Of a stretch of DNA of 56,279 nucleotides, positions 1-9,141 are shown piece by piece. The notes under the pieces were generated by a model, which saw nothing but the letters and a program-made list of their open reading frames with translations, did no database searches and was not told the DNA's origin. The position numbers and the translations under genes are program-made. The stretch is from contig CAYUDJ010000001.1 in NCBI GenBank assembly GCA_964443635.1, positions 1-56,279 on the forward strand. The letters run 5' to 3'. Numbering within the stretch: the first letter of the stretch is position 1; each line of letters opens with the position of its first letter. The DNA is from an uncultured Candidatus Saccharibacteria bacterium (lineage in GTDB: Bacteria > Patescibacteriota > Minisyncoccia > Phycocordibacterales > UBA9973).

Positions 1-101
1 CATCTCATCCATTTTATACTGGTAACGAAAAGGTTATCGATACTGCAGGACGTGTTGACCGCTTCAAGAAGCGTGCCGCAGCTGCTTCTTCAAAGAAGTA
101 A
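1..101 (+). CDS. rpmE: 50S ribosomal protein L31, C-terminal fragment (gene starts upstream of window)
   Basis: Frame-3 translation [32 protein letters not shown] matches the conserved L31 C-terminus (HPFYTG...AGRV.RF). Stop TAA at 99-101. Confidence 0.8.
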   Translation, partial: SHPFYTGNEKVIDTAGRVDRFKKRAAAASSKK

Positions 102-110
102 CTATCATAA

Positions 111-136
111 AAGCCGCTCTTTCAGGGCGGTTTTTA
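111..136 (+). terminator. Intrinsic terminator after rpmE
   Basis: GC-rich hairpin 114-130 (ccgctc / gggcgg, one G-U pair, 5-nt loop) followed by TTTTT at 131-135. Confidence 0.6.
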
Positions 137-146
137 TACTGCTTAT

Positions 147-1085
147 ATGGATATTGAAAATCTAAAAAAGAATCCGAAAACCAGCTACCTCGCACAGGAA
201 TACGAGAAGCTTTTGACGCAAGAAAAAGAAGTACACGAATTGATTGCAAGTGATGCATCGATGGCTGAGCTTGGTACTGATGACTTGGCAGCAATCGCTG
301 TGCAAAAGACTGCACTTGAAAACCAGGTTAAGGCGATCGAAGAAAGCGAAAAAGAAGAAGAGGAATTCCCCAATGAAATCATTCTCGAAGCCCGTGCAGG
401 TGCAGGAGGGGACGAAGCAGCACTCTTTGCGATGCAGCTCATCGAGATGTATGAACGATTCGCTGAAACACGCAAATGGTCTACCAAGCGCATCGATGAA
501 TACACACTCGAAATGAAAGGGAAGGATATTTATCGTCTGCTTCGTTTTGAGACAGGGGTGCATCGTGTGCAGCGCGTACCGGTCACCGAGAAAGCTGGCC
601 GTATTCATACATCAACTGCATCGATTGCAGTGCTTCCAATGCGCAAAAAGGTGAAGTTCGTCATCAATCCTGCGGACCTCGATATGGAGTATTCACGTTC
701 CGGAGGAGCGGGTGGGCAGAACGTCAACAAGGTTGAGACTGCAGTTCGTCTCATTCACCGACCGACGGGTATCGATGTGCGCTCTACGAGTGAGCGCAGC
801 CAGCTCGCAAACCGCGAGACAGCATTTGCCATTCTCACTGCAAAACTCCAAATGCTCAAAGAAGAAGAGGAGGCAAAGAAATACTCTGGTGACCGCAAGG
901 CACAGATTGGGACTGCTGACCGTTCAGAGAAAATCCGTACATACAACTTTCCACAGGACCGTATTACCGATCATCGTATTGGACAGAACTTTTCAAATAT
1001 CGAAGGAGTGATGCTTGGCAAACTTGACAAGATTATCGATGCTTTGCAGAGTGGGGAAGTGGGGGAGGTCAGTGATGATGAATAA
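147..1085 (+). CDS. prfA: Peptide chain release factor 1
   Basis: GGQ loop ([18 protein letters not shown]) and the RF1-type PxT tripeptide (RVQRVPVTE). Follows rpmE. The PVT motif lies about 40 residues closer to the N-terminus than in E. coli RF1. Confidence 0.9.
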   Translation: MDIENLKKNPKTSYLAQEYEKLLTQEKEVHELIASDASMAELGTDDLAAIAVQKTALENQVKAIEESEKEEEEFPNEIILEARAGAGGDEAALFAMQLIEMYERFAETRKWSTKRIDEYTLEMKGKDIYRLLRFETGVHRVQRVPVTEKAGRIHTSTASIAVLPMRKKVKFVINPADLDMEYSRSGGAGGQNVNKVETAVRLIHRPTGIDVRSTSERSQLANRETAFAILTAKLQMLKEEEEAKKYSGDRKAQIGTADRSEKIRTYNFPQDRITDHRIGQNFSNIEGVMLGKLDKIIDALQSGEVGEVSDDE

Positions 1086-1110
1086 GTATTCTATGGTACT
1101 ATAGTGCTAT

Positions 1111-4100
1111 ATGAATCAAGCTGTTTTTAATCAAAAAGTACTCAAAAAAGGATTCGTTCTCGCGAGTATTTTTTTGAGTATTTTTTTCCTTCCTACGGTA
1201 AGTCGCGCAGCAACTATATTGCAGGATGACTTTACTGGCACAATAATTGATACTTCAAAGTGGACTGAATTTGATACATTAGGCTTGGGGGGTACTGTTG
1301 GGAATCTCCAGCAAAATGACACGTTGCAAATACAAGATAGTGCAACCGGCGGGTATGGAGCTAGTGCGTTAGCTTCAAAAGTTAATATTAGTCCGACGAA
1401 TCTTGAGATTTCCTCAGTTATATCAAATGTTTCTTTTACTTCGAGCCCAATTATGGGGTATGGCGACAGGGATTATGCGAGTCCTGGAAAAAAAGCATAC
1501 TTTATGTTTGTTTATCATAGCGGAGTACTTGGTATATCGTTTAACAACGGCGTTGGTCAAAATACCGGGAGTGCTTGTGGGGCGTTTACCAATGGTGCAA
1601 CATATAAATTAAAAGTCATCTCGACTGGTTTCCAGCTTTACAAGAATAATGTTCTCATATGTACCCATACTCCCGGATTATCGAATCTTGTTTCGGGCAA
1701 ACCAGTTTTTCTTGAAAGTGAAGTAGCATCGAGCTCTTTTGATGACCTTTTAGTTACAGGAGATGGAACTCTTTCTGTTCCAGATGTTCCTACTGGCCTT
1801 TCATTAACTGCACGTACGACAGAGATCCGTGTTGCGTGGGTTGCTCCTGTTGTTCAAGGATTGTACGATATCACTGACTACATTATTGAATACAAACTTT
1901 CGAGTGATTCAGTATGGACAACGTTGAATGATGGAGTATCTACTACAACTTCTACCTCTATCACTGGTCTTACGAATGATCTTGCGTATGACGTGAGAGT
2001 TACGGCAGTGAATGCTGTGGGTAATAGCACCGCTGTATCATCATCAGCTACGCCAAGTATTGGGACAGTACCAAATGCACCAACGACCTTGACTGCTACA
2101 GCGCTCAATCAAGAGTTACGTGTTGCGTGGGTTGCTCCTGCAGTCGATGGGGGATCATCGTTGACTGACTACATCATTGAATACAAACTTTCGAGTGATT
2201 CAGTATGGACAACGTTGAATGATGGAGTATCTACTACAACTTCTACCTCTATCACTGGTCTTACGAATGATCTCAGTTATAATGTGAGGATTAGCGCAGT
2301 CAACGCCGTTGGGGCGGGGACACCAAGTAGTACGCTCACTGCGACACCTGTATTGGTGGTGGTGTTGCTCTCAGATTCATTCACTGGAACGACCATTGAT
2401 ACCACAAAGTGGAATGAAATTGACGGGGCTACTGGTGGGACCGAAGGTGATGTGCAACAAAATGGTGCCTTGACTATTGTTAATAGTGCAACCCCTACTG
2501 TTGGAAGCAAAGCGCTTGTATCTAAAACTGATTTTAAAACTGATAATTTAGAGGTATCAGCGGTTGTTACGAGTTCAACAAGTCCGATGATCGGGTATGG
2601 AGATCGGGTGTATGGTGGTGCCGGAAATAAAGCGTATCTTATCTATGCGTTTGGTGGGAACGTGCTTGGTTTGGTATGGAACAATGGGGTACTCCGTACA
2701 AATGTTGCATGTGGTTCTTTGGTGAGTGGAGCAACCTATAGAATGAAGGTAACTTCAACGGGATTTCAAGTGTATCGAAATAACACACTTGCCTGTACCG
2801 TCACACCAAACATAGCGTATGTCGTTGACAATAAACCCATTTTCTTTGAAGGAGATACTGCAATTGCAAGTAGTTTTGACGACGTGTTGATTATTGGTAA
2901 ACCACTCACTCCTATTAGTCCAACTTCCGTAACAGCTGTTGCTGGAGATACATCGGCAACGGTGAGCTTTTCATATTCAAATATTAATACGACTTCGCAA
3001 GTGACGAGTTATACCGTCACGAGCTCTCCAGGAGGAATAACCGCAACAGGGGTAACCTCTCCTATTGTGGTGACAGGGCTCACCAACGGTACACCGTATA
3101 CATTTACTGTGACTGCCACAACAGTTCCTGTTGGTACTTCTGCCGCATCGTCACCTTCTAGTTCTGTTACGCCTGCATTACCGGCTGCTCCTGATCAGGT
3201 GACAGGCGTAACTGGTATTGCAGTGAATCGCCAGGTGATCATTGGCTGGAATGCTCCTTCAGGCGCAATCACTGACTACATCATTGAATACAAACTTTCG
3301 AGTGATTCAGTATGGACAACATTTGCTGATGGTGTTTCTTTGGCAGTAAAAACAGTTGTCACTGGTCTTACCAATAATGCTGCGTATGATTTTCGGGTGA
3401 GTGCAGTCAATAATGGAGGCACTGGTGCTTCTTCAACGCCAATTTCAGCGACACCCTCTGCTATTACAGCGCTTTCATTTGTTATCACTGGTGAAAGTAA
3501 TGCTGGTGGACAGGTGTTCAATACAGCGCCAACATCTGAAGAACTTGCGCCTACATCAGAAGTTCAAATATTGAATAACACTTCGCTTGTTTTTGAAGAT
3601 CTTGATATTGGTACGAACAATAACATTGATCACTTTGGATTGACGTGTTGTACCACCCATGGCTTTGAACTTGAGCTGGCAAATAGAACCAAGGAGTATG
3701 CATTTACCGATTTGCCGATGGTGTACTTGCTGAAAACAGGACACGGAGGGTCTCGATTGAGTCAGTGGGATGTTGGGCAGTCATACTGGACGAAGTTTCT
3801 TGAGCGTACTGCTGCAGCAAAAACACAACTACCGTCACCGAGACAATGGGTAGTATGGATGAGTTTGGGTATCAATGATTTTTATGCGAGCACTTCAACT
3901 GCATCATTCAAGTCTGCAATGCTCAGTCATATCAATAAAATAAAAGCTGATCTTCCTGGAGCCATTGTTATCATGACGCAATTCCAATCGATGACTGCCA
4001 ATGGAGGATATGTTTCGTATAACCAGGCAATGGCAGAACTAGCTGCAAGTGAGGAGGGTGTGTATGTCGTGGATTCGACAGGTGCTGCATTGGATGATAT

Positions 4101-5133
4101 GAACCATTGGAGCTATACCGGACTCAAGACAGTTGCAGATAGAATGATTACGATAACCAATACTGCAATTGGTTTGATATACCCAGGAGTTCCGACCTCT
4201 GTTAGTGGTATGTCGGGAGACGAACAGGTGTCACTTTCATGGACTGCCCCTACATCAGATGGTGGGTCAGCAATCACTGACTACATCATTGAATACAAAC
4301 TTTCGAGTGATTCAGTATGGACAACATTTGCTGATGGTACCTCATCTGCAACTACTGCATCGATTACTGGGCTTACGAATGACGTTCAATATGATTTGAG
4401 AGTTTCTGCGGTGAACAGTTCAGGTACAGGAGATGCTTCTAGCGTCACTACTGCAACACCGGCATTTATCGCTACAACATATACAGTATCGGGGCCTTCT
4501 ACAGGTGTTGTTAATGCCACATCTTCTTCATTTACCGTGACTCCAAATGGTCCCTATGATGGTACTATTACGATTACACCAGACGGCGGAGGAGTGAGTA
4601 CTCCTATTGTCCTTACTTTTACTGATGCAACTCCTCAGACATTTACTGTTACACCTACCGCTGTAGGTACTGTGACACTTACCTCAACAAATAGCGGCGC
4701 ATTGGTTGATCCGAGTGTACTTATGTATGAAGTCACTGCACTGCCTACTCCTCCCGTAACCAGGACAGTTGTTAGTAGTGGAAGTATTGCAATTGTGCCT
4801 AGGCCAGCGACATGTACCATAGGGCAGTTGTTTAATACCAATACAGGGAATCCGTGCACAAGCACAACTTCTTCTTTACCATCTGTCTATGACTTCACTC
4901 GAAATCTGTCGTACAGGATAAGTGGAGATGATGTGCGACAACTGCAGGTGTATCTCAATACTCATGGGCATCCAGTTGCATTATCAGGCGTTGGTTCGAG
5001 AGGGTATGAAACGAGTTACTTCGGACCTGCTACGCGTGCTGCCCTTATCAAGTTTCAGATTGCAAACAATATTAAACCTGCTATTGGCTTCTTTGGGCCA
5101 TTGACGAGGAGTTTTGTAGGTGCGCATAGATAA
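1111..5133 (+). CDS. Large secreted, wall-anchored multidomain protein: signal peptide, 2 ConA/LamG-like domains, 5 FN3 domains, SGNH/sialate-O-acetylesterase-like domain, Ig-like region, C-terminal peptidoglycan-binding domain
   Basis: N-terminal hydrophobic segment (LASIFLSIFFLPTVSRA). Two related lectin-like modules (DDFTGTIIDTSKWTEFD... and DSFTGTTIDTTKWNEID...). Repeated FN3 signature DYIIEYKLSSDSVWTT...TGLTN...Y..RV.AVN. Esterase-like blocks ITGESNAGG, SLGINDF, DDMNHW. C-terminal PG_binding_1-like GDDVRQLQVYLN...FGPATRAALIKFQ. Confidence 0.85.
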   Translation: MNQAVFNQKVLKKGFVLASIFLSIFFLPTVSRAATILQDDFTGTIIDTSKWTEFDTLGLGGTVGNLQQNDTLQIQDSATGGYGASALASKVNISPTNLEISSVISNVSFTSSPIMGYGDRDYASPGKKAYFMFVYHSGVLGISFNNGVGQNTGSACGAFTNGATYKLKVISTGFQLYKNNVLICTHTPGLSNLVSGKPVFLESEVASSSFDDLLVTGDGTLSVPDVPTGLSLTARTTEIRVAWVAPVVQGLYDITDYIIEYKLSSDSVWTTLNDGVSTTTSTSITGLTNDLAYDVRVTAVNAVGNSTAVSSSATPSIGTVPNAPTTLTATALNQELRVAWVAPAVDGGSSLTDYIIEYKLSSDSVWTTLNDGVSTTTSTSITGLTNDLSYNVRISAVNAVGAGTPSSTLTATPVLVVVLLSDSFTGTTIDTTKWNEIDGATGGTEGDVQQNGALTIVNSATPTVGSKALVSKTDFKTDNLEVSAVVTSSTSPMIGYGDRVYGGAGNKAYLIYAFGGNVLGLVWNNGVLRTNVACGSLVSGATYRMKVTSTGFQVYRNNTLACTVTPNIAYVVDNKPIFFEGDTAIASSFDDVLIIGKPLTPISPTSVTAVAGDTSATVSFSYSNINTTSQVTSYTVTSSPGGITATGVTSPIVVTGLTNGTPYTFTVTATTVPVGTSAASSPSSSVTPALPAAPDQVTGVTGIAVNRQVIIGWNAPSGAITDYIIEYKLSSDSVWTTFADGVSLAVKTVVTGLTNNAAYDFRVSAVNNGGTGASSTPISATPSAITALSFVITGESNAGGQVFNTAPTSEELAPTSEVQILNNTSLVFEDLDIGTNNNIDHFGLTCCTTHGFELELANRTKEYAFTDLPMVYLLKTGHGGSRLSQWDVGQSYWTKFLERTAAAKTQLPSPRQWVVWMSLGINDFYASTSTASFKSAMLSHINKIKADLPGAIVIMTQFQSMTANGGYVSYNQAMAELAASEEGVYVVDSTGAALDDMNHWSYTGLKTVADRMITITNTAIGLIYPGVPTSVSGMSGDEQVSLSWTAPTSDGGSAITDYIIEYKLSSDSVWTTFADGTSSATTASITGLTNDVQYDLRVSAVNSSGTGDASSVTTATPAFIATTYTVSGPSTGVVNATSSSFTVTPNGPYDGTITITPDGGGVSTPIVLTFTDATPQTFTVTPTAVGTVTLTSTNSGALVDPSVLMYEVTALPTPPVTRTVVSSGSIAIVPRPATCTIGQLFNTNTGNPCTSTTSSLPSVYDFTRNLSYRISGDDVRQLQVYLNTHGHPVALSGVGSRGYETSYFGPATRAALIKFQIANNIKPAIGFFGPLTRSFVGAHR
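1828..2409 (+). repeat. Tandem 291-bp duplication encoding two FN3 domains
   Basis: Period 291 nt (cgtgttgcgtgggttgctcctg at 1828 and 2119). The 110-nt block 1873-1982 equals 2164-2273 with a single mismatch (1884 vs 2175). Confidence 0.9.
3268..3333 (+). repeat. 66-nt FN3-coding block identical to 4273-4338
   Basis: atcactgactacatcattgaatacaaactttcgagtgattcagtatggacaacatttgctgatggt occurs identically at 3268-3333 and 4273-4338. Its core also matches the 1873 and 2164 copies. Confidence 0.9.
4273..4338 (+). repeat. 66-nt FN3-coding block identical to 3268-3333
   Basis: Direct comparison of the two stretches shows 66/66 identity. Confidence 0.9.
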
Positions 5134-5183
5134 GAAAAAAATAAGTTGATTTTAGGGCTATTTTCAGTATAATAGTCCGTACT

Positions 5184-5258
5184 GCGTGTATAGTTCAGTG
5201 GTAGAACGCTGTCCTGATAAGACAGAGGCCCTTGGTCCGATTCCAAGTACACGCACCA
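5184..5258 (+). tRNA. tRNA-Ile (anticodon GAU), CCA encoded
   Basis: Manual cloverleaf: acceptor GCGTGTA/TACACGC, D arm GTTC-AGTGGTA-GAAC, anticodon arm CTGTC-CTGATAA-GACAG (GAU), variable AGGCC, T arm CTTGG-TCCGATT-CCAAG, discriminator A, CCA. 75 nt. Confidence 0.85.
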
Positions 5259-5527
5259 TGGGATTTGAAGGATTTCCAACACCAGAACCTGTATCACCTG
5301 AGGTCTTCAAAAGAGCCAACAGTGTTTTGACAGCGAAAAATATCTGGGAATCATTGGAAAAAAATGAAGAACCGTCTGCTCTTGAAAGTGATCAAGACGT
5401 AGTGGAGCTGATTGAAGCATTGGAATTTCTTAAAGATAAAAACAAACTAGAGTATTCTCCTGAAGAAAAAGAAGCTCAAAATAAAAAAATAGATGTATAT
5501 ATTGAAAGTTTGAAAGAAGTAAAATAA
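5258..5527 (+). CDS. Hypothetical small acidic protein (89 aa), uncertain
   Basis: The longest ORF (5186..5527) overlaps the tRNA, so the first ATG outside the tRNA body is used. No recognisable domain and no obvious RBS. Confidence 0.35.
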   Translation: MGFEGFPTPEPVSPEVFKRANSVLTAKNIWESLEKNEEPSALESDQDVVELIEALEFLKDKNKLEYSPEEKEAQNKKIDVYIESLKEVK

Positions 5528-5546
5528 AAAAGAATCCTAAAATAAA

Positions 5547-5987
5547 TTAGGATTCTGCTTTGTGATGTACTATTTCTGCTTTAAATACAACTAACCAAGT
5601 GTTGGTGTGATGGAAATAAAATCTGGTAACCTCGAATTCATCTCCTACAGTAAGAAATTTTTCAAGCAAAATTACTTTAAAATCGATTCCTGAGAGAGGG
5701 GAGAGATCTATCTTATACCAGAGTTCTTTTAAGTAATTTTCAATTCTATGGTATTCATCCTTATATAGTTTGCTCTTTACTTCATAAGAAAGAAGGTTGA
5801 GAACCGAAGATTGTTCTTGAAAAAAACTAAATGGTATAGACACGTAAAATCCTTCGGTTATCTCTTTGGAAGTTAATGTGTGTAAGGAAAACTGAGTCCA
5901 TAAATTTTTATTAAATATTTCCCTCAATTTTTCCTTATTTTCTTCACGCTTGGTTGTTTCAGTAATTAATTCTTTAAAAGGAATCAT
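5547..5987 (-). CDS. Hypothetical protein (146 aa)
   Basis: Clean ORF in an AT-rich stretch with no recognisable motif. Confidence 0.55.
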   Translation of the reverse strand: MIPFKELITETTKREENKEKLREIFNKNLWTQFSLHTLTSKEITEGFYVSIPFSFFQEQSSVLNLLSYEVKSKLYKDEYHRIENYLKELWYKIDLSPLSGIDFKVILLEKFLTVGDEFEVTRFYFHHTNTWLVVFKAEIVHHKAES

Positions 5988-6053
5988 TTCTTATATTTTT
6001 ATTTACATTATCATATATTTACAATCCGTCAATAGTACGATAGAATAGGGGAT

Positions 6054-6755
6054 ATGATATTGAGTGTCGTCGCAACCCCCATCGGAAACCTCTCAGATTG
6101 CTCACCGCGAGCGCGTGAGGTGCTTGAGGGGGCAACGCTCATCGTGGCAGAGGATACACGAACTACAGGGCAGCTATTGAAACTCCTCGGTATCGCAAGT
6201 GGTGAAGGTGCCAAGAGAGAGTTTATATCGAGCCATGCACAAAGTAGTGATAGTGCCCTCCAAAAGGCACTTGCGCGTTGTGAGGAGCATGAGCATATAG
6301 CACTCGTTACTGATGCAGGTACACCTGCTATATCTGACCCGGGGTCACACTTTATCGCCAGCTTTCGCGCACAGTATCCACAAGCAAAGGTTGTGCCGAT
6401 ACCTGGTGCATCAGCGGTTATTTCAGCATTGTGTGTTTCAGGATTTCCCTCGTCTCATTTTGAATTTATGGGATTCATTCCACACAAGAAAGGTCGCCAG
6501 ACGCTGTTTACAGGATTGGTAGAGAAAGAACATACTGTCGTGCTCTACGAGTCTCCACATCGCGTATTGAAGACCTTGGAGGCGCTTGCGGATGTGTTGC
6601 AGGCTGATCGGCAAATCATGATTGGTCGCGAAATGACTAAACAGTTTGAAGAATACCCGGTCGGCACTGCAGCCGAGCTTTTGGCTTATTACCAAAACAA
6701 CCCCGATAAAGTCCGAGGTGAATTTGTGGTAATTATCAGCCCTCGCCACGCCTAG
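6054..6755 (+). CDS. rsmI: 16S rRNA (cytidine1402-2'-O)-methyltransferase
   Basis: Tetrapyrrole-methylase-fold signature VVATPIGNLSD...LIVAEDTRTTGQLL...DAGTPAISDPG, with typical RsmI length. Confidence 0.9.
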   Translation: MILSVVATPIGNLSDCSPRAREVLEGATLIVAEDTRTTGQLLKLLGIASGEGAKREFISSHAQSSDSALQKALARCEEHEHIALVTDAGTPAISDPGSHFIASFRAQYPQAKVVPIPGASAVISALCVSGFPSSHFEFMGFIPHKKGRQTLFTGLVEKEHTVVLYESPHRVLKTLEALADVLQADRQIMIGREMTKQFEEYPVGTAAELLAYYQNNPDKVRGEFVVIISPRHA

Positions 6756-6797
6756 GCGGGACTCGCCCCTAACTCTATTTTTTGATACAATAGGGCA

Positions 6798-7016
6798 ATG
6801 TTAGGAAAACTTCGATTATTATTTTGGACCGGAATTGTGCTCCTGCTCGTGCCGTATATTGGCGTGACTGAGGGTGTAAAGACAATGCTGACGATTGCAA
6901 TCGCACTTATCATTCTGATCACAGTCTTCAAGCTCCGACGTTCCTACAGAGAAATGAAATTCCGCCTCCGCCGATATGAGGAACCAGCTACTACCACCGA
7001 CTCCATTCATGCCTGA
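6798..7016 (+). CDS. Small membrane protein (72 aa, 2 predicted TM segments)
   Basis: Hydrophobic ORF. Its TGA overlaps the ATG at 7009 of the next gene (ATGCCTGA), which suggests translational coupling. Confidence 0.45.
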   Translation: MLGKLRLLFWTGIVLLLVPYIGVTEGVKTMLTIAIALIILITVFKLRRSYREMKFRLRRYEEPATTTDSIHA

Positions 7017-8259
7017 TCCAAACACACAACCTTCTGCCGCTCTCGGTATCAAGACACTTGTCGCAATCGTCGTCATTGCGGGGGTATTTTTCTCAGGTGT
7101 CTATGTCGGTTTTGAACACCGTCCGATCTCTGACAAAATAGCTAGTGTTATCAATAAAGAGATACCCGTGGCTGCGGCAGTAGGTACGACAGCTACTCCC
7201 ACTGACTTCAGTTCATTCTGGAAAGCATGGCAAGTTGTGAGTACAAAGTTTGCTGGAACTCAGCCGACCACTGACGAACGCATGTACGGAGCTATCAAAG
7301 GACTCGTCGGATCGTTCAATGACCCATATACGACCTTTTTCCCACCTGCAGAAAATAGTCAGTTCCAAACTGAAATCGCTGGCTCGTTTGATGGTATTGG
7401 GGCTGAAATCGGAGAGAAGGATGGTGTACTCACAGTGATTGCTCCATTGAAGGGCACTCCTGCTGAGCGTTCAGGATTGAAGCCTGGGGACAAGATTATG
7501 AAGATTGGAGATACCGTTACGACTGACCTCACTGTCGACAAGGCAATCCAGCTTATCCGCGGCAAGGCGGGTACAAGTATTGCACTTACTATTTTCAGAG
7601 AAGACTTTACTGAACCAAAAGTCATCATGGTGACGCGTGAACATATTACGCTTCCGACTGTTGATACAGAAACTCGTCCTGATAAAAAGGTTTTCATCAT
7701 TCATTTATATAATTTCTCTGCTGACTCAGCAGGACTCTTCAAGACGGCGTTGCAGTCATATGTTGCTTCTGGGTACCCGAACCTTATTGTTGATTTGCGA
7801 GGCAATCCAGGAGGATATCTTGATGCTGCAGTACAGATTGGTAGCTGGTTCATTCCTGAAGGCAAGACGATTGTGAAAGAGATTGGAAAGACTCCTGATG
7901 ACGTGACCGTACATACCAGCAAGGGTCCGGTGATATTCCCAAAGGCATCTAAACTCATCGTGCTTGTAGACAAAGGATCTGCCTCAGCATCTGAGATTCT
8001 CGCGGGTGCACTTTCAGAGCAAGGCATTGGTATTCTGGCAGGGGAGCAGAGCTATGGAAAGGGTTCGGTGCAAGAAGTGGTGCCAATCACTGCAGACACA
8101 TCACTGAAGGTCAGCATTGCAAAGTGGTACACACCAAATGGTGTTTCTATTTCAGCAAAAGGTTTAACACCAAGTATTCTGCTCAAAGCATCTCCTGACG
8201 ACAAGGCGGGGAATGATAGCGAACTCGAAGCAGCGGTAGCCCTATTTGCAAAACAATAA
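7009..8259 (+). CDS. Carboxy-terminal processing protease (S41 family) with PDZ domain
   Basis: PDZ-like GLKPGDKIMKIGD, S41 motifs DLRGNPGGYL and GSASASEILAGAL, N-terminal TM anchor. An alternative upstream ATG lies at 6976. Confidence 0.85.
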   Translation: MPDPNTQPSAALGIKTLVAIVVIAGVFFSGVYVGFEHRPISDKIASVINKEIPVAAAVGTTATPTDFSSFWKAWQVVSTKFAGTQPTTDERMYGAIKGLVGSFNDPYTTFFPPAENSQFQTEIAGSFDGIGAEIGEKDGVLTVIAPLKGTPAERSGLKPGDKIMKIGDTVTTDLTVDKAIQLIRGKAGTSIALTIFREDFTEPKVIMVTREHITLPTVDTETRPDKKVFIIHLYNFSADSAGLFKTALQSYVASGYPNLIVDLRGNPGGYLDAAVQIGSWFIPEGKTIVKEIGKTPDDVTVHTSKGPVIFPKASKLIVLVDKGSASASEILAGALSEQGIGILAGEQSYGKGSVQEVVPITADTSLKVSIAKWYTPNGVSISAKGLTPSILLKASPDDKAGNDSELEAAVALFAKQ

Positions 8260-8277
8260 GATAATCATTGTATTCAT

Positions 8278-8724
8278 ATGAAAGTAATTCTTCTCAAATC
8301 AGTTCCAAAAGTCGGTAAAAAAGATGATGTGGTTGAGGTTGCCGAAGGCTATGCGCGCAATGCACTCTTTCCTTCAAAGGCTGCAATTGCTGCAACACCT
8401 GATACATTGGCTGATCTCAAGCGAAAGAAAGCCGGCATTGTCGCTGAAAAAGCACTTCGTCACGAACTGCTTGATATTGCAATCAAATCAATCAGTGGTG
8501 CTGCGGTGACACTAGCGGTGAAAGCCAATAATAAGGGTGGTATGTTTTCAAGTATTGATGAGCAGGATGTAGTTCGTGCACTTGCTGATGATCATCGCAT
8601 CATGCTTGACCGATCATGTATCAAACTTCCACACAGTCCTATAAAAGAGCTGGGTGAGTACACGGTAACAGTAAAGGATGAAGACTACTCATCGACATTT
8701 ACATTGCAAATTATTCAGAAATAG
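8278..8724 (+). CDS. rplI: 50S ribosomal protein L9
   Basis: MKVILLKSVPKVGKKDDVVEVAEGYARNALFP is the canonical L9 N-terminus. 148 aa. Confidence 0.92.
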   Translation: MKVILLKSVPKVGKKDDVVEVAEGYARNALFPSKAAIAATPDTLADLKRKKAGIVAEKALRHELLDIAIKSISGAAVTLAVKANNKGGMFSSIDEQDVVRALADDHRIMLDRSCIKLPHSPIKELGEYTVTVKDEDYSSTFTLQIIQK

Positions 8725-8733
8725 AAAATAAAA

Positions 8734-8762
8734 AAATCTCCGTTTTGAAACAGAGATTTTTT
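8734..8762. terminator. Bidirectional intrinsic terminator between rplI and rpmA
   Basis: Hairpin aatctccgttt / aaacagagatt (one mismatch) flanked by an A-run and a T-run. Sits between convergent genes. Confidence 0.6.
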
Positions 8763-8763
8763 A

Positions 8764-9048
8764 TTAGTTTCGTGTGTCAGTGATGTGAGCTGCTTTGCGT
8801 ACAGTGCTGGTGCCATCAAAGTTTTGCTTGCGCTTGTTGGTGAATGACACAAACCCATCCTTGAGTGCGTAGAGGGTGTGGTCCTTACCGATACCTACTG
8901 AAGTACCAGCAACGATTTTTGTACCGCGCTGACGTACGATGATAGAGCCTGCAGTAGCGTGCTGGCCAGCATACAGCTTTGTACCAAGGTACTGTGCATT
9001 AGAATCTGTTAGGTTTTTTGCGGCCCCTTGGGCCTTCTTATGTGCCAT
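8764..9048 (-). CDS. rpmA: 50S ribosomal protein L27
   Basis: [12 protein letters not shown]...[11 protein letters not shown]...[10 protein letters not shown] is the L27 signature. Start set at the conserved MAHKK rather than the longest ORF (9147). Confidence 0.92.
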   Translation of the reverse strand: MAHKKAQGAAKNLTDSNAQYLGTKLYAGQHATAGSIIVRQRGTKIVAGTSVGIGKDHTLYALKDGFVSFTNKRKQNFDGTSTVRKAAHITDTRN

Positions 9049-9141
9049 ATTGAACCACCATCTTACCCCAAACACCCCCTTTTTGTCAATCACCCTACAA
9101 TACTTGTATAAATCTTTAGATTTCTGGGATATACTCTTATT

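Noticed and set aside
1828-4338. The repeated 45-110-nt blocks could superficially look like a repeat array (CRISPR-like).
   Set aside because: They are in frame within one long ORF and encode FN3 domains. Spacing is 291 nt or about 1 kb, not 25-40-nt spacers, and there are no cas genes.
5186-5257. The N-terminal part of ORF 5186..5527.
   Set aside because: This part coincides with the tRNA-Ile gene body. Only the portion from ATG 5258 is kept, and with low confidence.
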